Assembly: GCA_026025795.1 (NCBI GenBank)
Contig: JAPEUG010000088.1
Coordinates: 1-51,276 of the forward strand
Length of the DNA stretch: 51,276 bases
From: Thelocarpon superellum
Lineage: Eukaryota
Reading direction: 5' to 3'
Shown here: one piece after another, positions 10,567 through 22,163 of the stretch
Layout of the letters: every line of letters begins with the position of its first letter
How positions within the stretch are numbered: the first letter of the stretch is position 1
The notes under the pieces: model-generated
The model's input: only the letters and a program-made list of their open reading frames with translations
Told to the model about the DNA's origin: nothing
Database searches by the model: none
Program-made: the position numbers and the translations under genes

Positions 10567-13500
10567 ATGGAACCCTTCTCTTTTGCCAGCTCCGAGTCCT
10601 TGCATCTTCCCGTAAATGTCAGAATGTTGGTCAACGCCAGCCTTGTAACACGCATGGCCACCAAGCTGATGCAGATGTCCACTGAAAGAGGTCGCCTTGA
10701 AGGCCAACGGACCCCCGTCCCCTATTCTACCCTGCTAAAGCGGCCCGACCTACGGCATGTCGGCTCCAATCTTAGGTGAGTCCCAGCCCTTGGGGAGCAG
10801 CTCGAGATTTCAGATGCTGATGTTATAAAGCCTGTGCTCCGATCTCTACGTGACCGTGCAGCTGTGGGCCGACTCTAAGCCCCTGTCAGTACCGGTGCAG
10901 ACGGCCTATAAGTCGTTCAAAGCCAATCGGACGTACGCCTGATCCTCGTTCCTCGTTCCTCGGTCTTGGGTCGGGCCATGCTGACGACAGACGTAGGTGG
11001 AATGAATGGTTAACCCTGCCCATCACCTATGATACTCTTCCACTCGGTGCTCAGCTCGCCATTACCGTCTGGGACCTCTCTCCCTGTGGAGGCGACGGTG
11101 CCAAGGGACACGCCGTTCCTTTCGGCGGAACCACGGTCCCACTGTTCGAGTCGGAAAACACGCTCCAGAAAGGTCGTCAGAAATGTCGAATCCATCGTCA
11201 CAAAGCCGCCGATGGCTTTTCGTTCTCTACCACTCCTGCCGTACTGCCGCCACCACGGCGGAGCGATCGAAAGGCACCGCTGAATGGAGGTGCCGAGGCC
11301 GCCGAGATGGACGAGATGGAACGGCTAGAACGATTGTTCAAGAAACATGAGATGGGAGAGATCCCACGCATCGACTGGCTCGATCAGCTGGTCTTTCGTG
11401 GCGCGGAGAAGCGTGGCTTGGAAGCCACGAAAGCAGCCCAGAGGTCGTCTGCCCAAGGTACTTTCCTGAAGCAGCACCACGAAGCGGGACCCAATGGTGC
11501 TCTTCTTGCCTCTCATGAGGGGTTCGCCGACCATGCCGGTGACGTGGAAGACTTTGCCTTGTATGTCGACTTCCCCCGGTTCGATTTTCCAATTGTCTTC
11601 TCCGATCACGAATACCCGCCTCCTCCCATCTCCGCCCATCCCCATCACACACCCTCCTCATCCAATATCAACCTCAAACCGCCACCTGAGGTGCAATACG
11701 GGCCGGGCATCGATGGCGTCGGCGCGGCCGAGAATGGATACGGCGGTCGCCTGGTGACCATCTATGACCCCGAAGTTGCGGCGAGAGACAACCCGGCCGA
11801 GAGCAAGCACCGCCGGCTGGTCCGAAGCCATCGTACCGGCGTGCTAGATCGAGATCTCAAACCGAACGCAAAGATTAGAGATGAACTGAATGTCAGCTCC
11901 CCCTTTGATCCTATCCGCGGGAACTCACTAACTTGTATGAAGGTCATCATGGCCTATTCTCCCACCGCCGAGCTCAATCCCGAGGAGAAGGATCTGGTGT
12001 GGAAATTCAGGCATCATCTGACGCGAGATAAGAGGGTACGACGTCCGTTGCCGTCCATCACGCTGGTACTCACACCAACGCAGGCCTTGACCAAGTTTGT
12101 CAAGTCGGTGGCATGGCATGATCAGAGCGAAGCAAGGCAGGCCGCACAGATCATCCCCAAATGGACCGAGGTTGACGTGGACGACGCGCTCGAACTTCTT
12201 GGGCCCACCTTCAACAATCCCGTCGTGCGGGCATATGCCGTGGACCGGCTGCGTAAAGCGGATGACGAGGTTTGCGCCCTCATTCCATGAGCGGAGAAGA
12301 CCTTACTGAAGATGGAGATAGGAGCTACTCCTCTACCTACTGCAACTCGTGCAAGCGCTCAAATTCGAAAAGATCTCGCCCGAGGCGATGGAAGATGCCA
12401 CGCAAGATTCGTCGCTCGCACGCTTCTTGATCTCGCGGGCGAGCAACAATTTCGTGCTGGGAAACTACCTTCACTGGTACCTGATGGTCGAGTGCGATGA
12501 CGCCAGTCCTGAACAGGGTAGCGCATATCGCAAGCTCTTTGCCCGGGTCGAGTATGACTTTATGACCGAGCTCTTGACGGTAAACGCGCGCCATGCGCCC
12601 TGGAACAGAAGTGCCGGCTAAATGATGTCTGACCACAGACCCCGAAGGGACCGGAGAAGCGAAAGATCCTCCTGCGGCAAGCGGAGTTGATCACCGTGCT
12701 TTCCAAACTGTCCAAGGAGATCCGCATCTCCGCTGGCGATCGCCTCCAGAAGATCGAGCGGCTCAAGCACTTTGTGGCGGACCCGAAGAATGAGCTCAGC
12801 TCCTTTGATCCTCCGCTGCCGCTCCCTCTGGATCCGTCGGTGTCGATCGTGGGATGCTACCCCGAGGAGTCGATGATCTTCAAGTCCACCCTCCTTCCCC
12901 TGTTCATCTCCTTCAAGACCTCGGACGGTCGAAAATATCCCATCATCTTCAAGACGGGCGACGACTTACGCCAGGATCAACTCGTCATTCAAATCATCAC
13001 GTTGATGGATCGACTACTCCGCAAGGAGAACCTGGATCTCAAGCTCTCACCGTATCGGATCCTTGCCACCAATGCCACGGCTGGTGCCGTGCAATTCGTG
13101 GGCTCGATGAGTCTGTCGGCGGCCGCGACGAAATATCGTGGAAGCATTCTAGCCTATCTCAAGGCGAACAACCCCGACGAGGGCGAGACTTTGGGGGTCC
13201 GCAAGGAGGCCATGGAAACGTACATCAAGAGCTGCGCAGGATACTGTGTCATTACCTATATCTTGGGCGTTGGGGATCGCCATCTCGACAACCTCTTACT
13301 CGCCCCTGATGGTACGTTTCCCTGACGGTGACGTCCCCCCTTCCTCGCCGCTGACCCCCGCCATGCAGGCCACTTCTTCCACGCCGATTTTGGCTTCATC
13401 CTCGGACGCGATCCCAAACCGTTCGCCCCGGCCATGAAGCTCTGCAAAGAAATGGTCGAGGGTATGGGCGGGTCGTCCTCGCCGCACTATGCCGCATTCA

Positions 13501-13769
13501 AGCAGTACTGCTTCACGGCGTACACGACGCTGCGCAAATCATCGAATCTGATCCTGAACTTATTCAGCCTCATGGTCGATGCCAACATTCCGGACATTCG
13601 GATGGAGCCGGATAAAGCGGTGCTGAAGGTGAAAGAACGCTTCCACCTGGAGATGAGCGAGGAGGAGGCGATTCGGCATTTCGAGGCCTTGATCCAGGAC
13701 AGCGTGAACGCGATCTTCCCGGTGGTGATTGATCGTTTACATGGCATCATTCAGGGCTGGAGAGCATGA
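10567..13769 (+). CDS. VPS34: Class III phosphatidylinositol 3-kinase Vps34
   Basis: C2 domain ([18 protein letters not shown]), helical domain, kinase domain ([27 protein letters not shown]). Eight introns: 10626-10688, 10776-10830, 10933-10996, 11892-11942, 12036-12083, 12270-12321, 12580-12638, 13312-13368. Confidence 0.96.
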
Positions 13770-14377
13770 GGTCGACGTTGTCTTTCGCTTTGTATCTCGA
13801 TAGATGACTGGTAATACTCGACCGCGTCTCGTGAGTCTGACGTTGCCGAATGGAGAGACACGCCCTTGAGGCTGTGGTTGCTGGGCCCCCTGACCAGTAT
13901 CCTGGTCGGTGCAAGGTGGACGTATCACATAAGCGAGCAGCGGTGGCCGTCCCATTCGATCAGAACACCCGCGGGAGGGTTTGGACTGAAGAAGGGAGAT
14001 GTGCGAGGACGGCAATTCCGTACAGATCAGCATACCGAGGATGTCCGAGGGCTGTGTGGGTGGTTGACCTGCCGTGCGTATCCATCGGTGGATGCTCTCG
14101 TGCACGAACTCTGCATTCTCACATCCGCATCCGCATCCGCATCCGCATCCACACGGGCGACAGCCGAACTCGGACGAAATCGTGGGGACCTCCTACCACT
14201 ACCCTCACTGCCGCCTCGACTTCTCCGCCCACCTCGCAACGAGCGGGCGAGACAAATCTCGACACCGATGCAGTACGTGGCTTGTACGTTCCTTGCTCGA
14301 AGCATCGCACGACAGAACATCCACCGCAGAACATCCCACCCCCCACGCTTAGAGCCAACCATTCGATCACCACCACC

Positions 14378-15391
14378 ATGGTAAGTACTGCGTCATTGGC
14401 ACCGCCTTCGGACTCCTCCCTCCTCCCCTCGCTCGACTGACCCCGCGCAGGCGCGCAACTCGGAAAAGGCACAGTCGATGCTCTTCCGATTCCGCGAGCA
14501 ACAAGCCGCGGAACTCGGCGTGATCGACGCCGGCCGCACGCGACGTCCGCGCATCATCACGGAGGTGAACTCGATCCCGACGTGCGAGAAATGGCGCGGC
14601 CAGGTCCTCAAGGAGATCTCGCGCAAAGTGTCCAAGATCCAGGATCCGAGCCTCAGCGACTACCAGCTGCGCGACCTCAACGACGAGATCAACAAGGCCA
14701 TGAGGGAGAAGCACATGTGGGAGGTGCAGATCCGGAATCTCAACGGGCCGAACTACATGCGCGGGGGCGGGAAGGTGTACGATGACGAGGGGCGAGAGAT
14801 TCCGGGCGGCGGGAAGGGATACCGGTACGTGGGAATGAGGGCGTGCATGGCGAGAACGAGGATGAGGATGAGGATGAGGATGAGAATACTGCAACAGAGA
14901 GGAGAGGAGAGGAGAGGAGCGGAGCGGAGCGGAGAGGAGAGGAGCGGAGAGGAGAGGAGCGGAGAGGAGAGGAGAGGAGAGGAGAGAAGAGAATACCGGA
15001 ACTGAAGCCGTGCTGATTCCGCGTATCTACCAGGTATTTTGGTCGCGCGCGGGAATTGCCCGGCGTCAAGGAGCTCTTCGAGGCCGCGAAGCCGCAAGCG
15101 CCCAAGGAAAAGCGGCTGGAAGACCGGGCGGACCTGCGCAAAAACGTCGACGCCGCGTACTATGGTTACATGGACGAGGACGACGGCGAGATGTTGGCGT
15201 ATGAGGCGCGGCGGGAGAAGGAAGCGTTTGAGAATCTGGCGCAGAGCGGCGATGACAGCGTGCCGGCGGGATGGGAGCCCCTGCCGGGTGATGCGGGTGA
15301 TGGGCAGCGGTGGCGGATACCGACGCAGGAGGAAGTGCAGGAGGAGCTGGTGGAGCGGAGACGTCGGCGACTACTCGATAAACTGGGATGA
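14378..15391 (+). CDS. ISY1: Pre-mRNA splicing factor Isy1 (NTC)
   Basis: Spliced product MARNSEKAQSMLFRFR..RDLNDEINK..GYRYFGRARELPGVKELF. First coding exon is ATG only; introns 14381-14450 and 14825-15033. Confidence 0.95.
14858..14990. repeat. Compound microsatellite (GAGGAT)4 plus (GGAGA/GGAGC)n in ISY1 intron 2
   Basis: Directly visible tandem hexamers and pentamers. Confidence 0.9.
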
Positions 15392-15479
15392 GAGACAGGA
15401 TGAACGAGGTGAGGTGGGGTGGGGTATCACGGGTTGCATCTGACGGGTTGGTTTGGTTTACTTCTACATGGCACGGTCG

Positions 15480-16580
15480 TCATCCTGCTTCACGACGCTT
15501 CATGCGTATCTTCTCTCTCCGTCCCTCCCGCTCGGCCTTTCGGGCCTGGTTCATGCTGCCGCCCAGGTCCTGGTCCTCCTGCACCTTGCGCTCGTAGGCG
15601 TCGTCCGCGACGGTATCCAGCACAAAGCGGCCCAGATGACCGCCCCGCCATCGCTGGATGAGCCACAGCGCCGTGCCCTCGATATCCGGCACCGCGCCCT
15701 TCTGCAATCGCCCCGTCTGACGGGCGATGGCGTCGAGCAAGGTCATGATATCGTTGGTGGGCGGGTGATAGAGCGCGTAAGACGCGGGGCTGTGGAGGTT
15801 CAGACGGTACAGCAGGTAATCCGCCAAGGTGGTGGGCGGCACGATGGTATCTTTGACGCTTCCACACAGCGCCAAGCGCAGCATGGCCTCGGCGTCCGGG
15901 ACGTAGGGAACGAAGACGCCCGGAGTATCCACCAAGTACACGCCTTCGCCGTCTTCATCGCCCTCGACGATGCGCACGCCCGAGGCAATCTTCCGCGTGA
16001 TGCCCGGCTGCGCGCCCGTTTGGGCCGCCTTACCCTTGCTGACGCCGACGTGGCGCAGCGCGTTGAGCAGCGAGGATTTGCCGACGTTGGGCATACCGAC
16101 CACCAGCATGCGAGCGGCGGTCAGGGAGCATAAGGACGAGGCGTAGTCTTTGGCATAGTCCAGGATCTTCTTCACGTCGCGCCGGTCATGGTGATCGGAG
16201 AAGAGCACGGCCGAGGGCCGGTGCCAACGTCTGATGATTTCTTCTCGCTACATTACATCCAACGAGATGTCAGCGCGTGCGCCTTTCCTGATCCTGGGCA
16301 TGCTACCAACGCCTACCCTTCGATCCGCCTTGGCCCCCTCACTCCCCAAATCCCGCTTGGTGTAGACGATGAGGCGGTGTCGTCCCGCGAGACTTTCCTC
16401 AAAGAGAGGGTTCCTGGACGTGAGGGGCACGCGATAATCTCGGCATTCGATCACGAGATCGATGCTCGAGAGCATCGTCTTCATCTTCCCGAGTCCGGCA
16501 CGATGGTGGCCCAGGAAGTAGGAGCGGGGGAGGGAGGTCAACGTCGGGAAGATGGTGCGCGGGGCGAATGGCGCCGCCAT
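15480..16580 (-). CDS. MTG1: Mitochondrial ribosome assembly GTPase Mtg1 (RbgA/YlqF family)
   Basis: YFLGHH, ECRDYRVPLTSRNP, TKRD (G4), GMPNVGKS (G1), PGITR, DTPG (G3) in circularly permuted order. Intron 16316-16248. Confidence 0.93.
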
Positions 16581-17046
16581 GGCGCTGGTAAGAGTCGCAC
16601 GTCCAAGCTACGGACGACAGAAGACGGACATGGTAGCATCACCGAGTAGGAGTTGCTGTACGGATCGAGTATGGTGCATGATAGAGAACAAGGTCTAAGA
16701 CGATGTCTCGCAATCCTCGTCCTTGGTGCAGAATCTCTTCGCCTTCGAGAGGCTTGACGCGGAGCTCGGGAGTCGTGAAAGCTTTAGCCAATCCACGTGC
16801 GGTTGACGGGAGCGATGACAGGGATAGAGTCAACGGGTTTCCGGCGAAAGACAGTGGGAACGACGTCATGGCTGCTTGGCATGGGTTCCACACCTTTTGA
16901 CCACGTAATGCGTGATGATTGCCAGTCTGCCGTGTCGGTGTTTGATACGTCTCTCCTTCGTCAGTATCTAGATGCAGGGACATGCACTTGTTTCAGAGCG
17001 TCCAGTGCCAAAAGCAAGCACTTGACGGGCGCTATTCGCCTCGCCC

Positions 17047-18922
17047 ATGACGAAATGTGGCGGACCATGGGCCCTCCGGATGCGCCGCCTCTTCACCCGA
17101 GGAGGCCCCCTACAGCCCTTTCGCCTACTACGGCACGATGTGAAGAACGTACTCGGCCGATACGCCTCGGACTGGACCCTATTCAATCAACAGATCTTCG
17201 CCAGTGCCGTCTATGTCTTTTTCACCAATCTCCTACCCGGCATTACTTTTGCCAGTGATCTGGATGTGTACACGGGTCAGAATTGGGGGACCGTTGAGGT
17301 CGTCTTCAGCACGGCTCTCTGTGGGATCATCTTCTCCCTGTGGGTGTTTGCTCTCGTGCCGGTGGTAGATGGCCTCTTGATTCTGATGGTCGGACAGCTT
17401 CTCCGCCCAGCCCTTGACCATCCTTGGCGTGACCGGGCCCTTCTCCATTCTCGCCGAGAACATATATTCATTATGTGACACGTCTTTCAATGTCCGTCCG
17501 GTCACTGTCCTCCCCAGACCTGCCACTGACTCTTGCTCCCGTAGATTCCCTTCCTGCCATTCATCGCGTGGGCCATGATCCATGCAGCATGGATGCACTA
17601 CCTGCTCGCCATCTTCAATGCCCACGACTGGACCATGCGATATGTGACGACTTTCTCCGCCGAGATCTTTTCGCTCTTGAACAGCATCATCTATTTCCAC
17701 AAGGCCGTCCAAGAGCTTCAACGAGCGCATGATAGCCTCTCTTTTGCGGCCTTCCTCTACGCCATCATCGGCGCCAGTGGAACCCTTCTCATCGCGGTGG
17801 CGCTATCTACGGCGGAGAGCTGGCGACCGCTCTTGCACCGCTACGTCCGCATTGGCCTCGCCGAATACGCCGCAGCCATTTCCATCATCATCTTCATCGG
17901 CATGCCCCACATTGGCGAGCTAGCCGACCTGGACAAGCAAACCCTCGAAGTCAGCACTTCCTTCCGCCCTACCAACCCGGGCCGATCCGTCTTCTTCGTG
18001 GAGTTCTGGCGGCTGCCGCCGAGCTGGATCTTCACCGCCGTGGTTCCCGGCTTGATCATCACCGTTCTATTCTTCTTCGACCATGAGATCAGCAGTATCA
18101 TCTGCACCATCGATCGCTATGGCACGCAGAAACCCCGAGGGTTTGCCTGGGATGTCGTCCTGCTCGGCACCACGACGGCCATATGTGGTATTCTGGGCAT
18201 TCCACCCGCCAACGGGCTCTTGCCCCAGGCCCCGCTTCACTCGGAGAGCCTCCTACACGAAGTGCACACCGGCGATGCGAGCCTGGTTGCCGGCCGGGAG
18301 AAAGCCGACCGTCCGCGGCACAGGGTATACGAGCAGCGGTGGAGCCATTTCCTTCATGCAGGGGGCATCATGGTCTTCGTCAGCCCGCCTTTCATGCACG
18401 TTCTCGGCTTGACGCCCACGAGTGTCTTGGCCGGCCTGTTTCTCTTCATGGGTGAACAGAGCCTGAGCGTCAAGTACACCTGCCCTCACCATTCATCGCT
18501 CGCGACGGTACTGATGGTATCATTCTAGTCCGATCCTCTATCGTTTCTTCCACATGCTCACCCCACCATCCGACCTTCCTCCCTTGCCAGACAGCGTGCG
18601 TAGCTACTGGGGAGTGCACCTGTACACCACGGCGCAGATAGTCATCACCGCGGGCATCTTCATCGTCACCTTGACCAAAGCTGCCCCTGCCTTCCCGATC
18701 ATCATCATCGCCCTGGTACCGTGTCGGCTACTCCTCATGAATCGATTGTGGAGTCGTGAGACGCTTCGCTTTGTGGACGCATGGGCGTGTCGTCCGGGAA
18801 CGCCCGAGGACGATGAGGACGCGGCGTTGCAGAGACGGGAAGTTTTGCAGCACGGCGTTGGTGATGCAGGCTTCATGCAGCCTGGCATATATTCCACGGC
18901 TGAGGCGACTCGCGTTGTCTAA
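17047..18922 (+). CDS. BOR1: SLC4/HCO3- transporter family anion exchanger (Bor1-like)
   Basis: YASDW, FTNLLPGITFA, QPLTILGVTGP, LFFFDH, GIPPANGLLPQAPLH, EQRWS, VLAGLFLFMG. Introns 17340-17397, 17492-17544, 18474-18528. Start may be 17047 or 17080. Confidence 0.9.
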
Positions 18923-19051
18923 GGCGCGAGGGATTTTGGTCAGCGAGTGTTAGAGTGTAGATAGTAACGGCCCCTCACCTAGGCAATGAAGCCTGCCGGT
19001 AAACGATTGGGCCACACGGGCGCAACATCGATTCGTCAATCCTCAAAAGAT

Positions 19052-19923
19052 TCATCCCGTATTTCCATCCTCCTCTTCATGCACGCCCACGCCCTCTGAC
19101 ACATCTCCGCCACTGGACGGAGAAGCGACGTCCTCGGCGGCCTCGACATCGAGCTCATCCGCATCGATCTCATCAATCTCCCCTCCCAGCGGGCTGACGC
19201 GCTCATCCAGCAACTCCAGATCCTCCAGCTGCTGCCGACTCGACAGCTTCCAGAGACTCGTCGCGCAGATGCGGTCTTTGGTCAACAGCTCATCCACGAA
19301 CTGATCGATATACGTGACCGTGAAGCCCGTGCGCGTGCGCCGCTTGAGCTTGCGATAGTCCGCCAGGAGCGGTTCCAGCGTCTTGTACACCTCTGCCGGG
19401 TCGAAGGTCAGACGGACGTAGAAAGCGGCCAGGGCTCTAAGATATCTGGCACCCACCCCGACCTCCAGTGTCAGTACACGTGCCGTGTGCGTTTCATCGT
19501 ACATGTCACCATGAGCTTCATGATCCGCTTGCAATCAAAACACGTGAAGGTGGAAGTTGGACGTCGAGAAACCCACTTGAAATCCTCGTTCCCCAGGTAC
19601 TCCAACACCACGTCCCGCTCCAGATTCAGCTGCAGCATCTTGAACGCCAGGCACAGAAACGGCGACGGTCGCTGCTGCGGGCCGAAGGTGCCGCCGACGA
19701 AGGTCAGTTCGACGGCGCGATCGCACAAGGTGGCTTCGTTGAGCCCGAAACATTGCTCTTTCCAGTAATACGACTCCGTGATGCGGTCGCGCACGGGCTT
19801 TTCCATCAGCAGGGCCGGGTTCTGCCCGCGGATCAGTTTGCCGCTGTAGCCTCGGTCGTCGAGCATGTATTTTGCGTCGGCGCGGTGCGTCATTGTCCCC
19901 GCCGTGCCCTTGGAGTCTCCCAT
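19052..19923 (-). CDS. PRP38: Pre-mRNA splicing factor Prp38
   Basis: IRGQNPALLMEKPVRDRITESYYWKEQCFGLN, PSPFLCL, FKYLRALAAFYVRL. Intron 19576-19446. Confidence 0.95.
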
Positions 19924-20065
19924 CTTGCCGGCGGGTGGTAGCTGGCTGGGAGGTAGTCCGTGGGATCAATCTAGAGAATGGGGGACGGCGAACAGCTTTC
20001 TCAGTCTCAGCGACAGCGAACGCGATCCTGCTTGGCAGTTACGAGTACTCGCTATAGACGATCTA

Positions 20066-20185
20066 ACGTAGTTCCTCAGTTAGCGGCCACCTCCTCAGTT
20101 AGCGGCCACCTCCTCAGTTAGCGACCACCTCCTCAGTTAGCGGCCACCTCGTAGCTACCGTAGTCCCTCAATTAGCGGCCACCTC
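20066..20185. repeat. 19-bp direct repeat array (CCTCAGTTAGCGGCCACCT x4 plus one offset copy); probable solo Fot1/pogo-type terminal repeat
   Basis: Units at 20074, 20093, 20112 (one mismatch), 20131 and 20166 (one mismatch), preceded by TA-ACGTAG. No spacers between the first four units and no transposase nearby. The repeat itself is certain; the transposon origin is inferred. Confidence 0.85.
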
Positions 20186-20414
20186 GCCAGTGGTGGTGGT
20201 GGTGGTGGTGGTGGAGGTGCAAGTGCGCGATCTAGTCTTATCTGATTGTTGTTGTGGCGACCGGCATTTACCGATGCTTGTCGACATGACCCTCGAACCA
20301 GCAGCAAATCGTATATCCTGAACCATAGCGGCTCGCTCGAATCATGAATGGGAGAAACGTACAGTGATCGATTGACTGGCTACATTGATTGATCGTCTGT
20401 CAAATGTTACCCAG

Positions 20415-22005
20415 ATGTTGCTCACCAGCGGACAAATATCCATGACCATTTCGTCATGTATCGGTAAGAGAGGGAGAAAGCCACGACGCAGACCCACATC
20501 CACCAGATCAAATGCGAGAAGCTGACGAGGAATGCGGAACGCGCAGTCTTCATCTTCACATTCCTCCTGTTTCTGTCCGGCTACGTGCTGCAGCAGCAGA
20601 CGGTGCGTAATCTGCAAGCGGTGATCAAGCCCCCGCCACGACCTACACCCACGCCCACGCCCGAATCCTTTCCCTACTCTCCCCCCCTCACCTCGCTCGA
20701 GATCGAAGACCCGTCCGACGCAAGAGGTCACCATGTTCTCGGATCCTTCTTCTCCGGCGCGGCATCGGGCGCACTCGGGAGGAAGTTCAAGGGCAAGATG
20801 GCCTTTGTGCAGGTCGTGACGGACCACATGCAGATCTGCAATGCGGTCATGTTGTTTGCGAGCCTGGAACGGAGCAAGAGTCGCGCCGAGCGAGTGCTGC
20901 TTTACCCCGCTGCGTGGACGGAAGATGGGGCGGCGCGGACGGCGCGCGGTGGAAGTCGACACGTGGAAACCACCAAGCGGCTTCTCAACATCGCTGCCAA
21001 GCGATACGACGTCATGATTCGATCGGTGCCGTCTCTGCCGGAGAGTGGTGGTGGGTGGCGCTGCTCCCGGCCTTGTTACCCGGGACCACTAGTCCAGTCG
21101 ACTGACTCGTTCCAGATGGCACGCTGTCGACGGCAGCTCTCGGCCACCTCCTGTCGATGACTCGGTATAAGCGGCTGCTCTACCTCGCGCCCTCCGGACT
21201 ACTGCTGAATCCCGCGCGGCTTGAGTCCTTTGTGCTCGAGTCCTCCCTCGACCAGGCCATCGCCACCCTGCCCGCCATCGACCAGATCTCCGCCTCCCAG
21301 CCTCCGTCGCTCATGATGATCGAGCCGTCCGAAGCGGAACACGCGCGCGTCAACGCCATCCTCTCGTCGACGCCCTCGCTGCGATCCTCGTCGTCGTCAT
21401 CCTCCTCCCCGTCGAGGCAACTCCTCGCACTGCTCAAGAGACACTACATCTCCAGCACCTTGAGCGTCGCGTCGTCCTTCTTCTACGCTAGCGGTGCCGA
21501 CAGCGACGAAGACTCTCCCTTGCTCCTACATACATCCACCCTCCGCTCGTCTCCCCCTTCAAACCTCAACGCCAGCATGGCCATGAAATCCACCGGCTAC
21601 ATCCACATGCAGCACTCTTCTCCTTTCACCACCACCTCCACCGCCACCGCCACGGATGAATTCTTCCTGCCAGGCCCTGAATACGATATCCCGCGCTCGA
21701 CGCTCACGCAGGCTCGACCCGACCATACGAACCCAGAGGGCCAGCGCCTGTGGGACGCAGCGTACGAGCGCTTCAGAGAGGACCGTATGGCCGTGTGCGG
21801 ACTTGATCTGGAGCCGTGGGTTGGTCCTGCGCTTCGCCCTTCGCCGGCTCGCGTCAGCTCGGATGTGAGTGAGGAGATGCCTGAGACGCCGGATGCACTC
21901 ACCGGGCGCCGTGGACGGAGACGACGACCGAATGATTTGGCGCAGGATGCGAACACGGAGGTGGATGGAGTCGGGGATGGAGAGGACGAAGAGTTGAGAA
22001 AGTAG
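20415..22005 (+). CDS. Type II membrane protein with degenerate GT8/Gnt1-like glycosyltransferase fold
   Basis: Spliced N-terminus MLLTSGQISMTISSCIVFIFTFLLFLSGYVLQQQTVR; AFVQVVTDHMQICNAVMLFASL..SRAERVLLYP resembles the Gnt1-like AY-QYAT..CN region. Introns 20464-20546 and 21051-21115. Confidence 0.75.
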
Positions 22006-22163
22006 ACGGGTGAATGGATGGATGAGGGATGAACGGATGGATGATTGAGCGGGTATGCGTGATTGGGTATGACACGATAGGATTGGGTCAGGGTATATCG
22101 AGATCAGGACAGGAACTGGGGAATGACAAGGCAGTTGTGCAGTCTTACGCACAGTACCATCCA

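Noticed and set aside
20074..20185. CRISPR-like array
   Set aside because: Units are directly adjacent with no unique spacers, there are no cas genes, and the DNA is eukaryotic.
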